Positions 26,850 through 36,280 are shown, counted from the first letter of the stretch. The stretch: 64,000 nt of DNA from Magnetococcales bacterium (GCA_015232395.1 JADFZT010000020.1:338-64337), one strand, 5' to 3'. The notes: generated by a model not told the origin, from the letters alone. Program-made: numbers and translations.

Positions 26850-29571
26850 CGGCACCGCTCTTCGCAGGCGCGACATCCGATTTTTTCAGGTATTCCACAA
26901 GCTCGGGCACGGGCAAAGGGCGACTGAAGAAAAATCCCTGCATGCGTTGGCACGCGTGATTGTTCAAAAACTCCCCCTGACTTTGCGTCTCGATCCCTTC
27001 AGCCACCGTCCCAAGTCCCAAACTGTGGGCCATGGAGATGATGGCGCGCACAATCGCCGCATTGTCCGAGTCGTCTGGAAGATCCTGAACAAATGAACGG
27101 TCGATTTTCAACGTATGGATGGGAAACCGTTTCAGATAGCTGAGGGACGAGTAGCCCGTGCCAAAATCGTCAACGGAAATGGCAACGCCCATCTTCCGAA
27201 TCTCATTCAACTTGACGATGGCCGCATCCACATCATTGGCCAACATGCTTTCGGTGATCTCAAGCTCCAGAAGTTGGGCGGGTAGACCTGATTTATTTAG
27301 CGCCGCTTGCAAATGTTCAATCAGTTTTGGATGTTGCAGTTGGTGGACGGAAAGGTTGACTGAAACAGGTAAAGCCGGAAGGCCTCCCTTCATCAAATCA
27401 ACCACTTGACGGCACGCCGATTCAAGTACCATTTGTCCAATTTCACGGATTAATCCCGTCTCCTCGGCTACAGGAATGAACTTTTCTGGAGAGATCAACC
27501 CCGCGCCGGGCCGGTTCCACCGAACAAGTGCTTCCAGGCCGATGATCCGGCGGGTCTTAAAATCCACTTTGGGTTGGTAGTGTAACGTAAACTGCTGCTG
27601 GTCGATCGCCTGCCGCAAGCCATTTTCAATATCCATGCGCCGCACGGCCCGGACATTGAGTTTTTCAGTAAAAAAAGCATAAGCGTTGCGGCCTGAATCC
27701 TTGGCGTGATACATGGCAGCATCGGCATTTTTGATCAACGTTTCGGAATTCTCCCCATCCTCGGGATGGATCGCGATGCCAATGCTGCAACCCGCCACGA
27801 TATTTTGTCCTTCCAACTCCACGGGACGCTTGAGCGCTTCCAAAATATTGTGCGCCACATGGGAGACAGCGGCGGCGTCATCCACATCGGTCACAATCAC
27901 GGTAAATTCATCCCCGCCCAATCGGGAGACCGTATCGGACTCGCGCACGCAGGAACATATCCGCTTGGCCATGACCACCAGCAATTGGTCTCCGGCCGCA
28001 TGCCCCAGGGTGTCATTGACATTTTTGAAATGATCCAAATCGAGAAACAGCAACGCCACCTTGGTCTTGCGCCTGTGCGCGGTCTTGAATTCATGTTCCA
28101 ACCGCGTTTTAAAAAGCGTTCGATTGGGTAGATTGGTCAATCCGTCATAAAAGGCGAGCCTCTCCAGTTCTTCCTCGGCGTTTTTTACGACGCTGATATC
28201 CGAAAAAACGCCAATGCACTGGGTTGGCTTTTGAGAGTTGTTTTTTACCGTATTGATGGTCAACCACTTGGGATAGACCTCACCATTTTTACGGCGATCC
28301 CAGATTTCCCCCTGCCAATATCCCTCTTTCCATATTTTTTGCCACATATCGGCGTAAAACGCGCGATCGTGACGGCCCGATTTCATGAAGCCTGGATCCC
28401 GGCCCACAACCTCGTCGGAAGCGTATCCGGTAATTTTCGTAAAAGCCGGATTCACCTCAATGATCTTATTGGCCGCGTCCGTAATGACGATGGCCTCAGC
28501 CGTGCTGTCGAACACCTGAGCCGTCAGTCGGAGCCGGTCATTGAGCATGCGCAACTCTCGGGTTCTCTCATCGACCCGGCGCTCAAGATCGTCGTGCGCT
28601 CGTTGAAGAGCCTCCTCGGAACGTTTTCGCTCGGTGATGTCCCGGAAGGTCATGACCAGGCCGGAAACGGCGTTCTCTTCCATGGTCGGCGCCGTCACGT
28701 ACTCCACCGGGAACAGGTCGCCGTTCCGCCTTTGAAAGCAGTGTCCGCTGACAGAGTGAACCGCGCCATCCCGGAGCGTACGGGTTACGGCGAAGTCCTT
28801 GTCCGAAACAAGAGCGCCGTCGAGGTTTCTCGGCCTTAAAATTTCTCTGGAATTTTTCCCAAGAAGGGAGGAATCCGCCCACTGCAACGCCTTTTCCGCC
28901 GCCGGATTGGCGAAAACGATCCGCCCATCGCCGCCAATGCCCACAATTCCTTCCTCGGCGGCATCCAATATGCGCCGGTTGCGCTCGGACAGTTGGGCGA
29001 TGCGCTGTTCATTGCGTTTACGTTCGGATATGTCGAACACCACGGTAAGACAGACCGGTTTTCCACTTTCCGGATCGGTAATCCGATGGCTTCGCACGAT
29101 ACAGGGAATCGGATCTCCATCAGCGGGAGACAGCTCGATTTCATCCACCGCCTGGTCACCGTCGAATACCCGCTTGAAATGATGTCCGAGCGTTTCGGCG
29201 TGAGTACGATTCACAAGGGAGATGAGAGGTTTTCCCAACAGGAACTCTTTGGCGACGTTGAGAAGCCGCGCCCCGGCCTGGTTGGATTCCACAACCCGCT
29301 GACGCTGGTCGAACACAAAATATCCTACGGGAGAGTCCTCAAAGAGGACGGAATATTTACTGAAAAGAGATTCCAGTTTTTCCCGGGACCGCGCCAATTC
29401 CTCATTCTGAACGCTTAACTCTTCCTGGTGAATGCCCAGATCATACAATGTGGCGTCCAGTTGCCGCTCAAGATCGACCAGCCGCAACTCATTGCCTTTA
29501 TATTTTTCCAGTTTGATCCTGAGACCGTCAATTTCGCTCCGAATCTCTTTTTTGCTTTTGGTGGTTGTCAT
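26839..29571 (-). CDS. Coiled coil-PAS x3-GGDEF-EAL signalling protein
   Basis: Motifs RLGGDEFTVI (GGDEF) and EALVRWNRP...DDFGTGYSSLSYL (EAL). The N-terminal coiled coil/PAS module is shared with the two hybrid kinases. Confidence 0.9.
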   Translation of the reverse strand: MTTTKSKKEIRSEIDGLRIKLEKYKGNELRLVDLERQLDATLYDLGIHQEELSVQNEELARSREKLESLFSKYSVLFEDSPVGYFVFDQRQRVVESNQAGARLLNVAKEFLLGKPLISLVNRTHAETLGHHFKRVFDGDQAVDEIELSPADGDPIPCIVRSHRITDPESGKPVCLTVVFDISERKRNEQRIAQLSERNRRILDAAEEGIVGIGGDGRIVFANPAAEKALQWADSSLLGKNSREILRPRNLDGALVSDKDFAVTRTLRDGAVHSVSGHCFQRRNGDLFPVEYVTAPTMEENAVSGLVMTFRDITERKRSEEALQRAHDDLERRVDERTRELRMLNDRLRLTAQVFDSTAEAIVITDAANKIIEVNPAFTKITGYASDEVVGRDPGFMKSGRHDRAFYADMWQKIWKEGYWQGEIWDRRKNGEVYPKWLTINTVKNNSQKPTQCIGVFSDISVVKNAEEELERLAFYDGLTNLPNRTLFKTRLEHEFKTAHRRKTKVALLFLDLDHFKNVNDTLGHAAGDQLLVVMAKRICSCVRESDTVSRLGGDEFTVIVTDVDDAAAVSHVAHNILEALKRPVELEGQNIVAGCSIGIAIHPEDGENSETLIKNADAAMYHAKDSGRNAYAFFTEKLNVRAVRRMDIENGLRQAIDQQQFTLHYQPKVDFKTRRIIGLEALVRWNRPGAGLISPEKFIPVAEETGLIREIGQMVLESACRQVVDLMKGGLPALPVSVNLSVHQLQHPKLIEHLQAALNKSGLPAQLLELEITESMLANDVDAAIVKLNEIRKMGVAISVDDFGTGYSSLSYLKRFPIHTLKIDRSFVQDLPDDSDNAAIVRAIISMAHSLGLGTVAEGIETQSQGEFLNNHACQRMQGFFFSRPLPVPELVEYLKKSDVAPAKSGADGG

Positions 29572-29618
29572 TGCGTAGATTTTTACGTTTAAAGTTTACT
29601 GTTTTATTGCGGACAATT

Positions 29619-32126
29619 TCAGGCGGAGGCCAACTCTGAACGGAGCATCTTTTCCGCCTGATCACATTCCTTTACTAACTTCGGCATAAGCTTGGCCGCT
29701 TTCTTGACCTTCCCGGACCGTGCCAGATCATCTATTTCCTCCACCAGTTTGGCCAATCCTTCCATGCCCACTTGGCGGCTGGCGCTCTTGAACGGATGGG
29801 TTTCAAGATGCATGGCCTCGCCATCCAACTGTTCCGCCGCTCTCCGTATGGCCTTGCACCGCTGCGGCAGGACCTCAAGAAAAAGGTCGACAACCATGGA
29901 AAAATCCTCGCCCATATCCTGCCGCAAACGCTCCAGAACGGAACGATTGATGGAGGGTTCCTCCGACGGCAATGGAAGCGCATCCGTTTCTGGCGCCAGC
30001 CACCGCAGGAGCGCCATCTTCAGATCCCGGGGCATGAGCGGTTTGGTCAGAAAGTCATCCATGCCCGCCTTGAAAGAGGCGTCCCGATGTTCCTCCAGAG
30101 AGTAGGCGGTCACGGCAATGACGGGAGTGCGCTGATCCGTCTTTCGCTTTGTTTCAAACTTTCGGAACAGCTTGCATGCGGTCAACCCGTCCATTTCGGG
30201 CATCTGTATATCCATCAATACCAGGTCAAAATGGGTGTTCTTCATTTTGTCGAGGGCCTCACGCCCATTTTTAACGACATCGGCGACCACGCCACACTTC
30301 CTCAATATGCCCAGTGTCAAAGCCCGGTTGACCGGGTCGTCTTCGGCGACGAGGATTTTAGCTTCGGGGGGAATCTCCTGGTGGGTATCGGTCTGAAATG
30401 TCAATGGAGCGGGCTGGACCAGTGGCTGGCATGCATCGGAAGTAGTCAGCGGGAAAGTAAATGAAAAAGCGCTGCCTTCGCCCAGAACGCTCTCCACGTG
30501 AACGTCTCCGCCCATCCAGCGGACAAACCTTCGGCAGATGGCCAGCCCCAATCCCGTTCCGCCATGACGCCGCGTGTCCGAGGAGTCCACCTGAGTAAAA
30601 GGGTGGAATATCCGTTCCAGGTTTTCCTTGGCGATGCCGACGCCTGAGTCCGTAACGGTAAATTTCAAAGCGTGTATTTCCGAGGGATCTTCTACCACGC
30701 CCACCGAAAGCCGTATCTCTCCATCGGATGAAAACTTAACGGCGTTGCTCAACAAGTGCAAAAGCACTTGCCTGAGGCGTCTCTCGTCACCGTTGATGAT
30801 TGCAGGAACGCCATCATCAACGGATGAGACCATTGAAATCCCCTTTTTCTTGACTACGGGAGACAAAATAGACAACACACCCCGTACCAGTTCAGATAGA
30901 TTGATGGAGGATCGCGCCAACACCTGTTTCCCCGAGTCCAGACTCGAAAGCTCCAGAATATCGTCAATGAGGGTTAGCAATCCGCGTCCGGATTGTTGAA
31001 TCGTGCCAACGAAATCCAATTGCTCCTCATCAAGATCGGAACCGGCGAGAAACCCCGCCATGCCCATGATGGCGTTCATGGGGGTGCGTAACTCATGACT
31101 GGCGATGGAAAGAAACTCCGACTTGGCCCGGTTTCCCGCTTCAGCCTCGTCTTTGGCCTGTACCAAAGCCTCCTCAAACAATTGACGCTCGGTGATGTCC
31201 CGGAAAGTGATCACCAGGCCGGAAATGTTTCCTCCATCAAAGGTGGGAGCAACAACGTACTCAACAGGAAAACGCCGTCCGCTCTTCCGCTTGAACTTCT
31301 CGCCCGTGACTTGTCGGACATCTCCATCCAATTGGGTTTGAACAATAGCCCATTGCCCCTTGGAAACCTTCTTTCCGTTCTGCCCAAGAGGTTTGAAGAG
31401 TTGAAACGGCTCCTGCCCCAACATGTTTTCAATGCCCCATTTCAGGATTTTTTCCGCCGCCGGATTGGCAAAGGCGATCAGACCTTCGCCATCGATGCCA
31501 ATAATACCCTCTCCAGCCGAGTCAATGATTCTCCGGTTTTGCTCGGCCAGATAGGCGATCTTCTGTTCGGCCTTTTTTCTTTCTGAAATATCAAAAACAA
31601 CAGTCAGGCAGACCGGTTTTCCCGTTCCCGGGTCCGTGATTCTCTGGCTGTGAAAAATAGTGGGAATGGGCAACTGCTGTTTCGAGCCAAGGATAATTTC
31701 ATCGGTGGCATGGTTGGACTGCATGACGCGGCGAAAATGCTCGCCAATCACCGAAATGGACTTTCTTGGCAAATGTCTTATAAGGGTTTTTCCGACAAGA
31801 TCAGATCCAGCGCTCTGTAGAAGAAAAACGGCGGCTCGGTTGGCTTCAAGAACCCTTTGCCGGGTATCAAAAACGAAGTATCCAACGGGAGAATCTTCAA
31901 AAAGGACCGAATATTTAGCCAGAAGTCCCTCAAGCTTTTCATGGGCCTGGTTCAGTTGCTCATTCTGGGTTCGCAACTCCTCCTGGTGAATTCCAAGATC
32001 GTAAAGCGTTCTTTCAAGTTGGGTTTCCACATCTTTAAGGCGTAGCTTATCTTTCTTGTACGCCTCCATCTGCTTGCGCAGCCGGGAGATTTCCGCATCA
32101 ATTTCATGGCTGGTTTTCGTCGTCAT
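29619..32126 (-). CDS. Hybrid sensor histidine kinase (coiled coil-PAS-PAS-HisKA-HATPase-REC-HPt), paralog of 13989-16592
   Basis: H-box [48 protein letters not shown]. Receiver: ILVAEDDPVNR...LVLMDIQMPEMDG. HPt: THPFKSASRQVG. Its start overlaps the upstream stop (ATGA at 32123-32126). Confidence 0.9.
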   Translation of the reverse strand: MTTKTSHEIDAEISRLRKQMEAYKKDKLRLKDVETQLERTLYDLGIHQEELRTQNEQLNQAHEKLEGLLAKYSVLFEDSPVGYFVFDTRQRVLEANRAAVFLLQSAGSDLVGKTLIRHLPRKSISVIGEHFRRVMQSNHATDEIILGSKQQLPIPTIFHSQRITDPGTGKPVCLTVVFDISERKKAEQKIAYLAEQNRRIIDSAGEGIIGIDGEGLIAFANPAAEKILKWGIENMLGQEPFQLFKPLGQNGKKVSKGQWAIVQTQLDGDVRQVTGEKFKRKSGRRFPVEYVVAPTFDGGNISGLVITFRDITERQLFEEALVQAKDEAEAGNRAKSEFLSIASHELRTPMNAIMGMAGFLAGSDLDEEQLDFVGTIQQSGRGLLTLIDDILELSSLDSGKQVLARSSINLSELVRGVLSILSPVVKKKGISMVSSVDDGVPAIINGDERRLRQVLLHLLSNAVKFSSDGEIRLSVGVVEDPSEIHALKFTVTDSGVGIAKENLERIFHPFTQVDSSDTRRHGGTGLGLAICRRFVRWMGGDVHVESVLGEGSAFSFTFPLTTSDACQPLVQPAPLTFQTDTHQEIPPEAKILVAEDDPVNRALTLGILRKCGVVADVVKNGREALDKMKNTHFDLVLMDIQMPEMDGLTACKLFRKFETKRKTDQRTPVIAVTAYSLEEHRDASFKAGMDDFLTKPLMPRDLKMALLRWLAPETDALPLPSEEPSINRSVLERLRQDMGEDFSMVVDLFLEVLPQRCKAIRRAAEQLDGEAMHLETHPFKSASRQVGMEGLAKLVEEIDDLARSGKVKKAAKLMPKLVKECDQAEKMLRSELASA

Positions 32127-32740
32127 CGTTCTTCCAACCCTATTTTTTTCAGGTTGGCCCGCTGCCGGACGATCTCCTTGAGCCAGGAAAACTGAACCGG
32201 TTTTTGCAGAACCATCACATCATCGGGAACGCCTCCCTTCGCCTGGATCTCCCGGGCTTCTAGAATGGTGATCACAATCAAATGAATGGCGCGCATTTCA
32301 TGGTCGTTTCTCAATTCCTTAATCATGCGGAACCCATCGAGATCCGGCATGGCAAGATCGGTAATGATCAGATTGGGCCTTTTCTTGGCGACCTGGATGA
32401 GCGCTTCGACTCCGCTGGAGGCGACATCAAGATGAATGGGAAACTCCCATTTCCTCAAATGCATTTTGTACGTCGCCAACATTCTTGGATCATCATCGAC
32501 GACCAGCAGGTGGAAAGGGCTTGAGTCCCTGTTGCCCCTGGTCCCGCCAGCCCGCTGATCCAGAAGAGCCAAGGCTGATTTTTTCAAAATACGGCGATGC
32601 CCGCCAGGGGTTCTCCAGGCCTCAAGAAGCCCTTTTTCAACCCACTGATGGATGGTCTGAACCGCCACGCCAAAAAGTTTTGCCGCTTCACTTGCGGTCA
32701 GGACAGGTTGCTCGCCCGGTCTGGTCATCAGAGATGTCAT
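32123..32740 (-). CDS. Response regulator with N-terminal excisionase/MerR-type HTH and C-terminal receiver domain
   Basis: LTASEAAKLFGVAVQTIHQWVEKGLLEAWRTPGGHRRI is an HTH_17-type segment. LLVVDDDPRM...LIITDLAMPDLDG is the receiver. Confidence 0.85.
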   Translation of the reverse strand: MTSLMTRPGEQPVLTASEAAKLFGVAVQTIHQWVEKGLLEAWRTPGGHRRILKKSALALLDQRAGGTRGNRDSSPFHLLVVDDDPRMLATYKMHLRKWEFPIHLDVASSGVEALIQVAKKRPNLIITDLAMPDLDGFRMIKELRNDHEMRAIHLIVITILEAREIQAKGGVPDDVMVLQKPVQFSWLKEIVRQRANLKKIGLEER

Positions 32741-32910
32741 GATTGCTCACCTGCTCGCAAATGAACTATAAGGTGAAATATAGAGGTTTAGTAGAGATTT
32801 TGGAAAAAAATGTTATACATGAATATTTAAACCACGGCAAGGGGATCAGTTAACCGCCAAAAACAGATGATTACATTTAAAAGCAATGCGTTGATTAGTT
32901 TTTTGTAGCA

Positions 32911-32963
32911 TCATGATTTGCAAGAAATCGTTATTTCTCCAGCCATTATCTTGCAAATCATGA
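32911..32963. repeat. Perfect 15-bp inverted repeat (TCATGATTTGCAAGA / TCTTGCAAATCATGA) with 23-nt loop
   Basis: Arms lie at 32911-32925 and 32949-32963. The repeat sits between the signalling operon start and the 3' tail of the rve-type IS. Confidence 0.8.
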
Positions 32964-33320
32964 AGCCGACAAGAAGCCGAATCGACCCTCAGAACAGGTT
33001 GTTTGACACCTGTCCCTCCCGAAAACTTCGTATGGCCCAATTTGGGGTGCCAACCCAGGGACCCTGCGCCACATTTCTCTGGACATAAGGACTGATAGAC
33101 AGGTGTCCATTCCGAATACCCAATCTGGCCCAATTTCGGACGCCGACCGACAGGCCATTGGCCACATTTCGCTGGACGTAGCGGATGATTTTCGGGACAA
33201 TTTGGTCAGGCAGTGAGGTTTCTGGACCGTTGCACGTCCTCTTCCCAGCGGATCAGGCATAGGAAAACGGAACCTCCAACAAGCCGAGGCTCTTTGACAT
33301 TCCGAAATCGATAGCGTCGT

Positions 33321-34355
33321 TTAGGCGGTTTTGCGCAGGTACTCGTGGTGAAGCCCACCAACGTGAGGGAAGGCAATAACCTCCCCGACCCCTCTTGGCT
33401 GAACTGGTCGGTATACAGGGCATTCTTTCCCCAATCCCAAATGAGTCCGGGCCCCGTGATAGTAGACCACATACTCCTTGAGCACCCGACGCAGATGCCC
33501 TTCATCCAGTACGATCATGTGATCCAGACACTCCCGGCGCAGGGACCCGAACAAGCGCTCCACGTACGGATTTTGCCAAGGTGAGGCTGGTGCTGTGGTC
33601 ACTGACTTGATCCCCATTCCCTTCAGGGTGGCCTGACATTCCCCTTGAAATGCTGGATCTCGGTCATAGATCAGATAGCGTGGTGCGATATCCCATGGAA
33701 AGGCCTCTCGAATCTGTTGGGCAACCCAGGTGGATGTGGGGTTGGTGGTCACATTGAAGAAGACAATCCTGCGGCATTCATGGTGGAGGATGACCAGGAC
33801 GTGGAGGACCTGGAAAAAGATTGTCGGGACGGTGAAGAAATCCAATGAGGCCAAGGAGCTGGCATGGTTTTCCAGGAAGGCTTTCCAGGTCTGTGATGGA
33901 GGCTTTTTCACCGTCACCATGTACTTTGAAACGGATGACTGAGCCACCTCAAACCCAAGTTTCAATAATTCACCGTGGATACGAGGGGCTCCCCATAACA
34001 GATTTTCCTGGTTCATCCGCTGGATCAACTCCCGGATTTCCTGGGTTACCGTAAGTCGCCCCCCTCCCCTCCTCCGTCGTGATTTCCATCTCCAAAATAA
34101 TCTGAATCCGTTACGATGCCATTTGATCACGGTTTGAGGCTTGACGACGACCAGGGATTCACGCCACTTTGGCCAGAACCTGGACAAACAGACCCAAAGT
34201 AAGCGGTCAAACCCGATCAAGTGAAGCCGTTTTGGCCTCTTTCTCTGCAGCACCAGCACCTGATGCCGCAGGGCCAGGATTTCCATTTGAAGCGCAACTC
34301 GGGTGTAGAGAGTATCAGCAACGGATACGATGATGAGTTTCAACAATGATTTCAT
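33321..34355 (-). CDS. rve-type (IS481/IS3-superfamily-like) DDE integrase/transposase, full length
   Basis: 344 aa. The integrase-core pattern is LASLDFFTVPT (D), RYLIYDRDPAF (D) and PWQNPYVERLFGSLRRE (E). The N-terminal LALRHQVLVLQRK...VKPQTVIKWHRNGFRLFWRWKSR is typical of this transposase group. Confidence 0.85.
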   Translation of the reverse strand: MKSLLKLIIVSVADTLYTRVALQMEILALRHQVLVLQRKRPKRLHLIGFDRLLWVCLSRFWPKWRESLVVVKPQTVIKWHRNGFRLFWRWKSRRRRGGGRLTVTQEIRELIQRMNQENLLWGAPRIHGELLKLGFEVAQSSVSKYMVTVKKPPSQTWKAFLENHASSLASLDFFTVPTIFFQVLHVLVILHHECRRIVFFNVTTNPTSTWVAQQIREAFPWDIAPRYLIYDRDPAFQGECQATLKGMGIKSVTTAPASPWQNPYVERLFGSLRRECLDHMIVLDEGHLRRVLKEYVVYYHGARTHLGLGKECPVYRPVQPRGVGEVIAFPHVGGLHHEYLRKTA

Positions 34356-34381
34356 AAAGGTATTTTCCCAGCAGGTTGATA

Positions 34382-35323
34382 ATGGCTGACATTACTCATC
34401 CCCACGATCGATTCCTGAAGATCCTGCTCTCAAATCCTATGACGGCGGGAACTCTCCTGCGGGAGCGTCTGCCCAAAGAGATAGCAGAGTGTTTGTCATT
34501 GGAGCCGCCCAGCTTGGTGGATGGGACCTTCATCGACGGTGAGTTTCGCCAGCATCTGACAGATCGACTGTTCCGGGTGAAAACGGTGGCAGGCGGTGAG
34601 GCCTATGTGTACGCACTCGTCGAGCACAAAAGCCATCCGGACGATTGGATCGCATTTCAGCTTCTACGGTATATGGTCCAAATTTGGGAGCGAATGGGGG
34701 AGGAGACAGGTCGTGGAGGGCGTCTATCACCCATCGTACCGCTGTTGGTGTACCATGGGAGGCAGGCTTGGCAGATCCCGCCCCTGTTTTCCGCGTTGGT
34801 GGATGCAGAGACGTCGTGGCAGGGACATCTGCTGGATTTCCGGTTTTCGGTGGTAGATCTAGGACAAATTGATGATACGGCGCTTTCTCGGGATGATCGA
34901 CTGCGTGGCGGATTCCTGGCCCTAAAATGTGTCTTCCAAAAGGGAGTGAAACCTGAAACAGTTGCTGGAATCGGCAAAGTTTTACAGGTTGATCAAGAGC
35001 TTGCCAAGCAAACCTTGCTCTATCTGATTCAAACCTATGAGGAGTTGGATATGGATAGCATTCAGGCGTTTTCAGATGAGGCTTTCCCAGGAAAGGCGGA
35101 AGAATATAAATCCTTATTTGCCAGGGAAATGATTGCCAAAGGACGACAGGAAGGACGACAGGAAGGTGAATCCAAAATTCTCCATCGGCAGCTGCAACGA
35201 AAATTTGGACCCAGCCTTCCAGACTGGGTCGAGGACAAACTTGCCACCGCCTCCTTGGGTGAAATCGAGGAGTGGTCTGACCAGATCTTAGATGCTCAAT
35301 CCTTGGACGAAGTCTTCGTGTAG
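34382..35323 (+). CDS. Rpn-family recombination-promoting nuclease / putative transposase, copy 2
   Basis: 313 aa from ATG 34382. It is near-identical to copy 1 over most of its length. Shared sequence continues ~85 bp past the stop (...GGCCAAAACCTCGTGACT...). Confidence 0.8.
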   Translation: MADITHPHDRFLKILLSNPMTAGTLLRERLPKEIAECLSLEPPSLVDGTFIDGEFRQHLTDRLFRVKTVAGGEAYVYALVEHKSHPDDWIAFQLLRYMVQIWERMGEETGRGGRLSPIVPLLVYHGRQAWQIPPLFSALVDAETSWQGHLLDFRFSVVDLGQIDDTALSRDDRLRGGFLALKCVFQKGVKPETVAGIGKVLQVDQELAKQTLLYLIQTYEELDMDSIQAFSDEAFPGKAEEYKSLFAREMIAKGRQEGRQEGESKILHRQLQRKFGPSLPDWVEDKLATASLGEIEEWSDQILDAQSLDEVFV

Positions 35324-35405
35324 TCATTTCGATTCTGCCTCGGGCACCAAGACGGCATCGAAACATGGCCAAAACCTCGTGACTACCAAAATTTGCAACT
35401 ACTTC

Positions 35406-35528
35406 GGTCAGTATGACGCCAAAAAAATCCGCTCCAGGCAGGGTCAACCTGGGGATGAGTGATTCCTGGATGAAGTGTTTATCAAGATCAAGGGCAAGCT
35501 ACACTATCTCTGGCGGGCCGTGGATCAT
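35406..35528 (+). pseudogene. IS6-family transposase internal fragment with in-frame stop
   Basis: It reads GQYDAKKIRSRQGQPGDE*FLDEVFIKIKGKLHYLWRAVD, with TGA where Trp is expected. It overlaps in sequence with the 12986-13250 fragment, so it derives from a different copy. Confidence 0.6.
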
Positions 35529-35672
35529 AGAACGCCCAGGCACCCAAAAGCCGGAAGAGCCGATTTTGGTCGTAAGGCTTGGCTTGCAGTTTTTGAGAGT
35601 CGCAGCATATTCAGGCAACAGAAAGCTGTGTAACGCTGCATCAAGGCCAAAAGCGGCCTATTGCGACAGGTT

Positions 35673-35732
35673 CTTGAAATACTGGATCCCGGTCGTGGAT
35701 CAGATAGCATGGGGCTGAATCCCAGGGAAAGG
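35673..35732 (-). pseudogene. Short fragment of a third rve-type transposase copy
   Basis: CTTGAAATACTGGATCCCGGTCGTGGATCAGATAGCATGGGGCTGAATCCCAGGGAAAGG aligns with 33641-33705 of the full copy (the RYLIYDRDPAF region, antisense). Confidence 0.5.
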
Positions 35733-35737
35733 AAAGA

Positions 35738-35845
35738 GTGGAAGGAGGTCACCGGAGTGACGTCCGAAAACTGAAAAAAACCAAACCTGCGTGCTGGGCT
35801 TTGGAGATCAGCTCGGTCCTATATTGCTTAATCTGACAGAACGTT
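35738..35845 (+). repeat. Dispersed repeat family 1, copy A
   Basis: GTGGAAGGAGGTCACCGGAGTGACGTCCGAAAACTGAAAAAAACCAAACCTGCGTGCTGGGCTTTGGAGATC... has related copies at 37240-37345, ~52336-52445 and ~59044-59110. Confidence 0.7.
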
Positions 35846-35881
35846 GGGGACTTCATTGACCCATGCATACTTGATGATTAT

Positions 35882-35911
35882 TTGCGAAGGGTATAGTTTC
35901 CAATAGATAAT
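35882..35911 (+). promoter_or_regulatory. Candidate sigma70-type promoter for the orphan ORF
   Basis: TTGCGA-N18-GATAAT lies ~50 nt upstream of ATG 35963. The call rests on pattern match only. Confidence 0.3.
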
Positions 35912-35962
35912 TTTTTACGTACTCACGTCCATTGGATCACGTTGAACAAGGAGCCCTAAACC

Positions 35963-36280
35963 ATGGCTGGCAATTCCCAAAACATCACCGTCTCTTCCTG
36001 CTCGGAACCCGGTTCTTCATCTGTGGGGTATGTGGAAGGCCTCAGTATCCAACTGGGTTCGCCCTGCTCGGAAACCGAGGTGACCATGAAATTCAACTCC
36101 TGCGAAGATGAAGAACAAGCCGCCACGGTCAAGGAAACCAAAGCCACGAGAATTTTAAAATTTGATTTTGGCCGCGCCAATTCGAAAAAGGTCAGGGCCA
36201 AGAATTCCTACAAGGTCAAGCTGGTAAGCGTCAATAAAGGGCCGGATTGCTTCTCCTATGATTTTTTGGTGGAGTGGTAA
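35963..36280 (+). CDS. Hypothetical small protein (105 aa), no recognisable domain
   Basis: It has a strong SD (AAGGAG at 35948-35953, 9 nt before the ATG) and a hairpin terminator ~100 nt downstream. The N-terminal half is rich in Ser/Cys/Glu and the C-terminal half is basic. Confidence 0.5.
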   Translation: MAGNSQNITVSSCSEPGSSSVGYVEGLSIQLGSPCSETEVTMKFNSCEDEEQAATVKETKATRILKFDFGRANSKKVRAKNSYKVKLVSVNKGPDCFSYDFLVEW

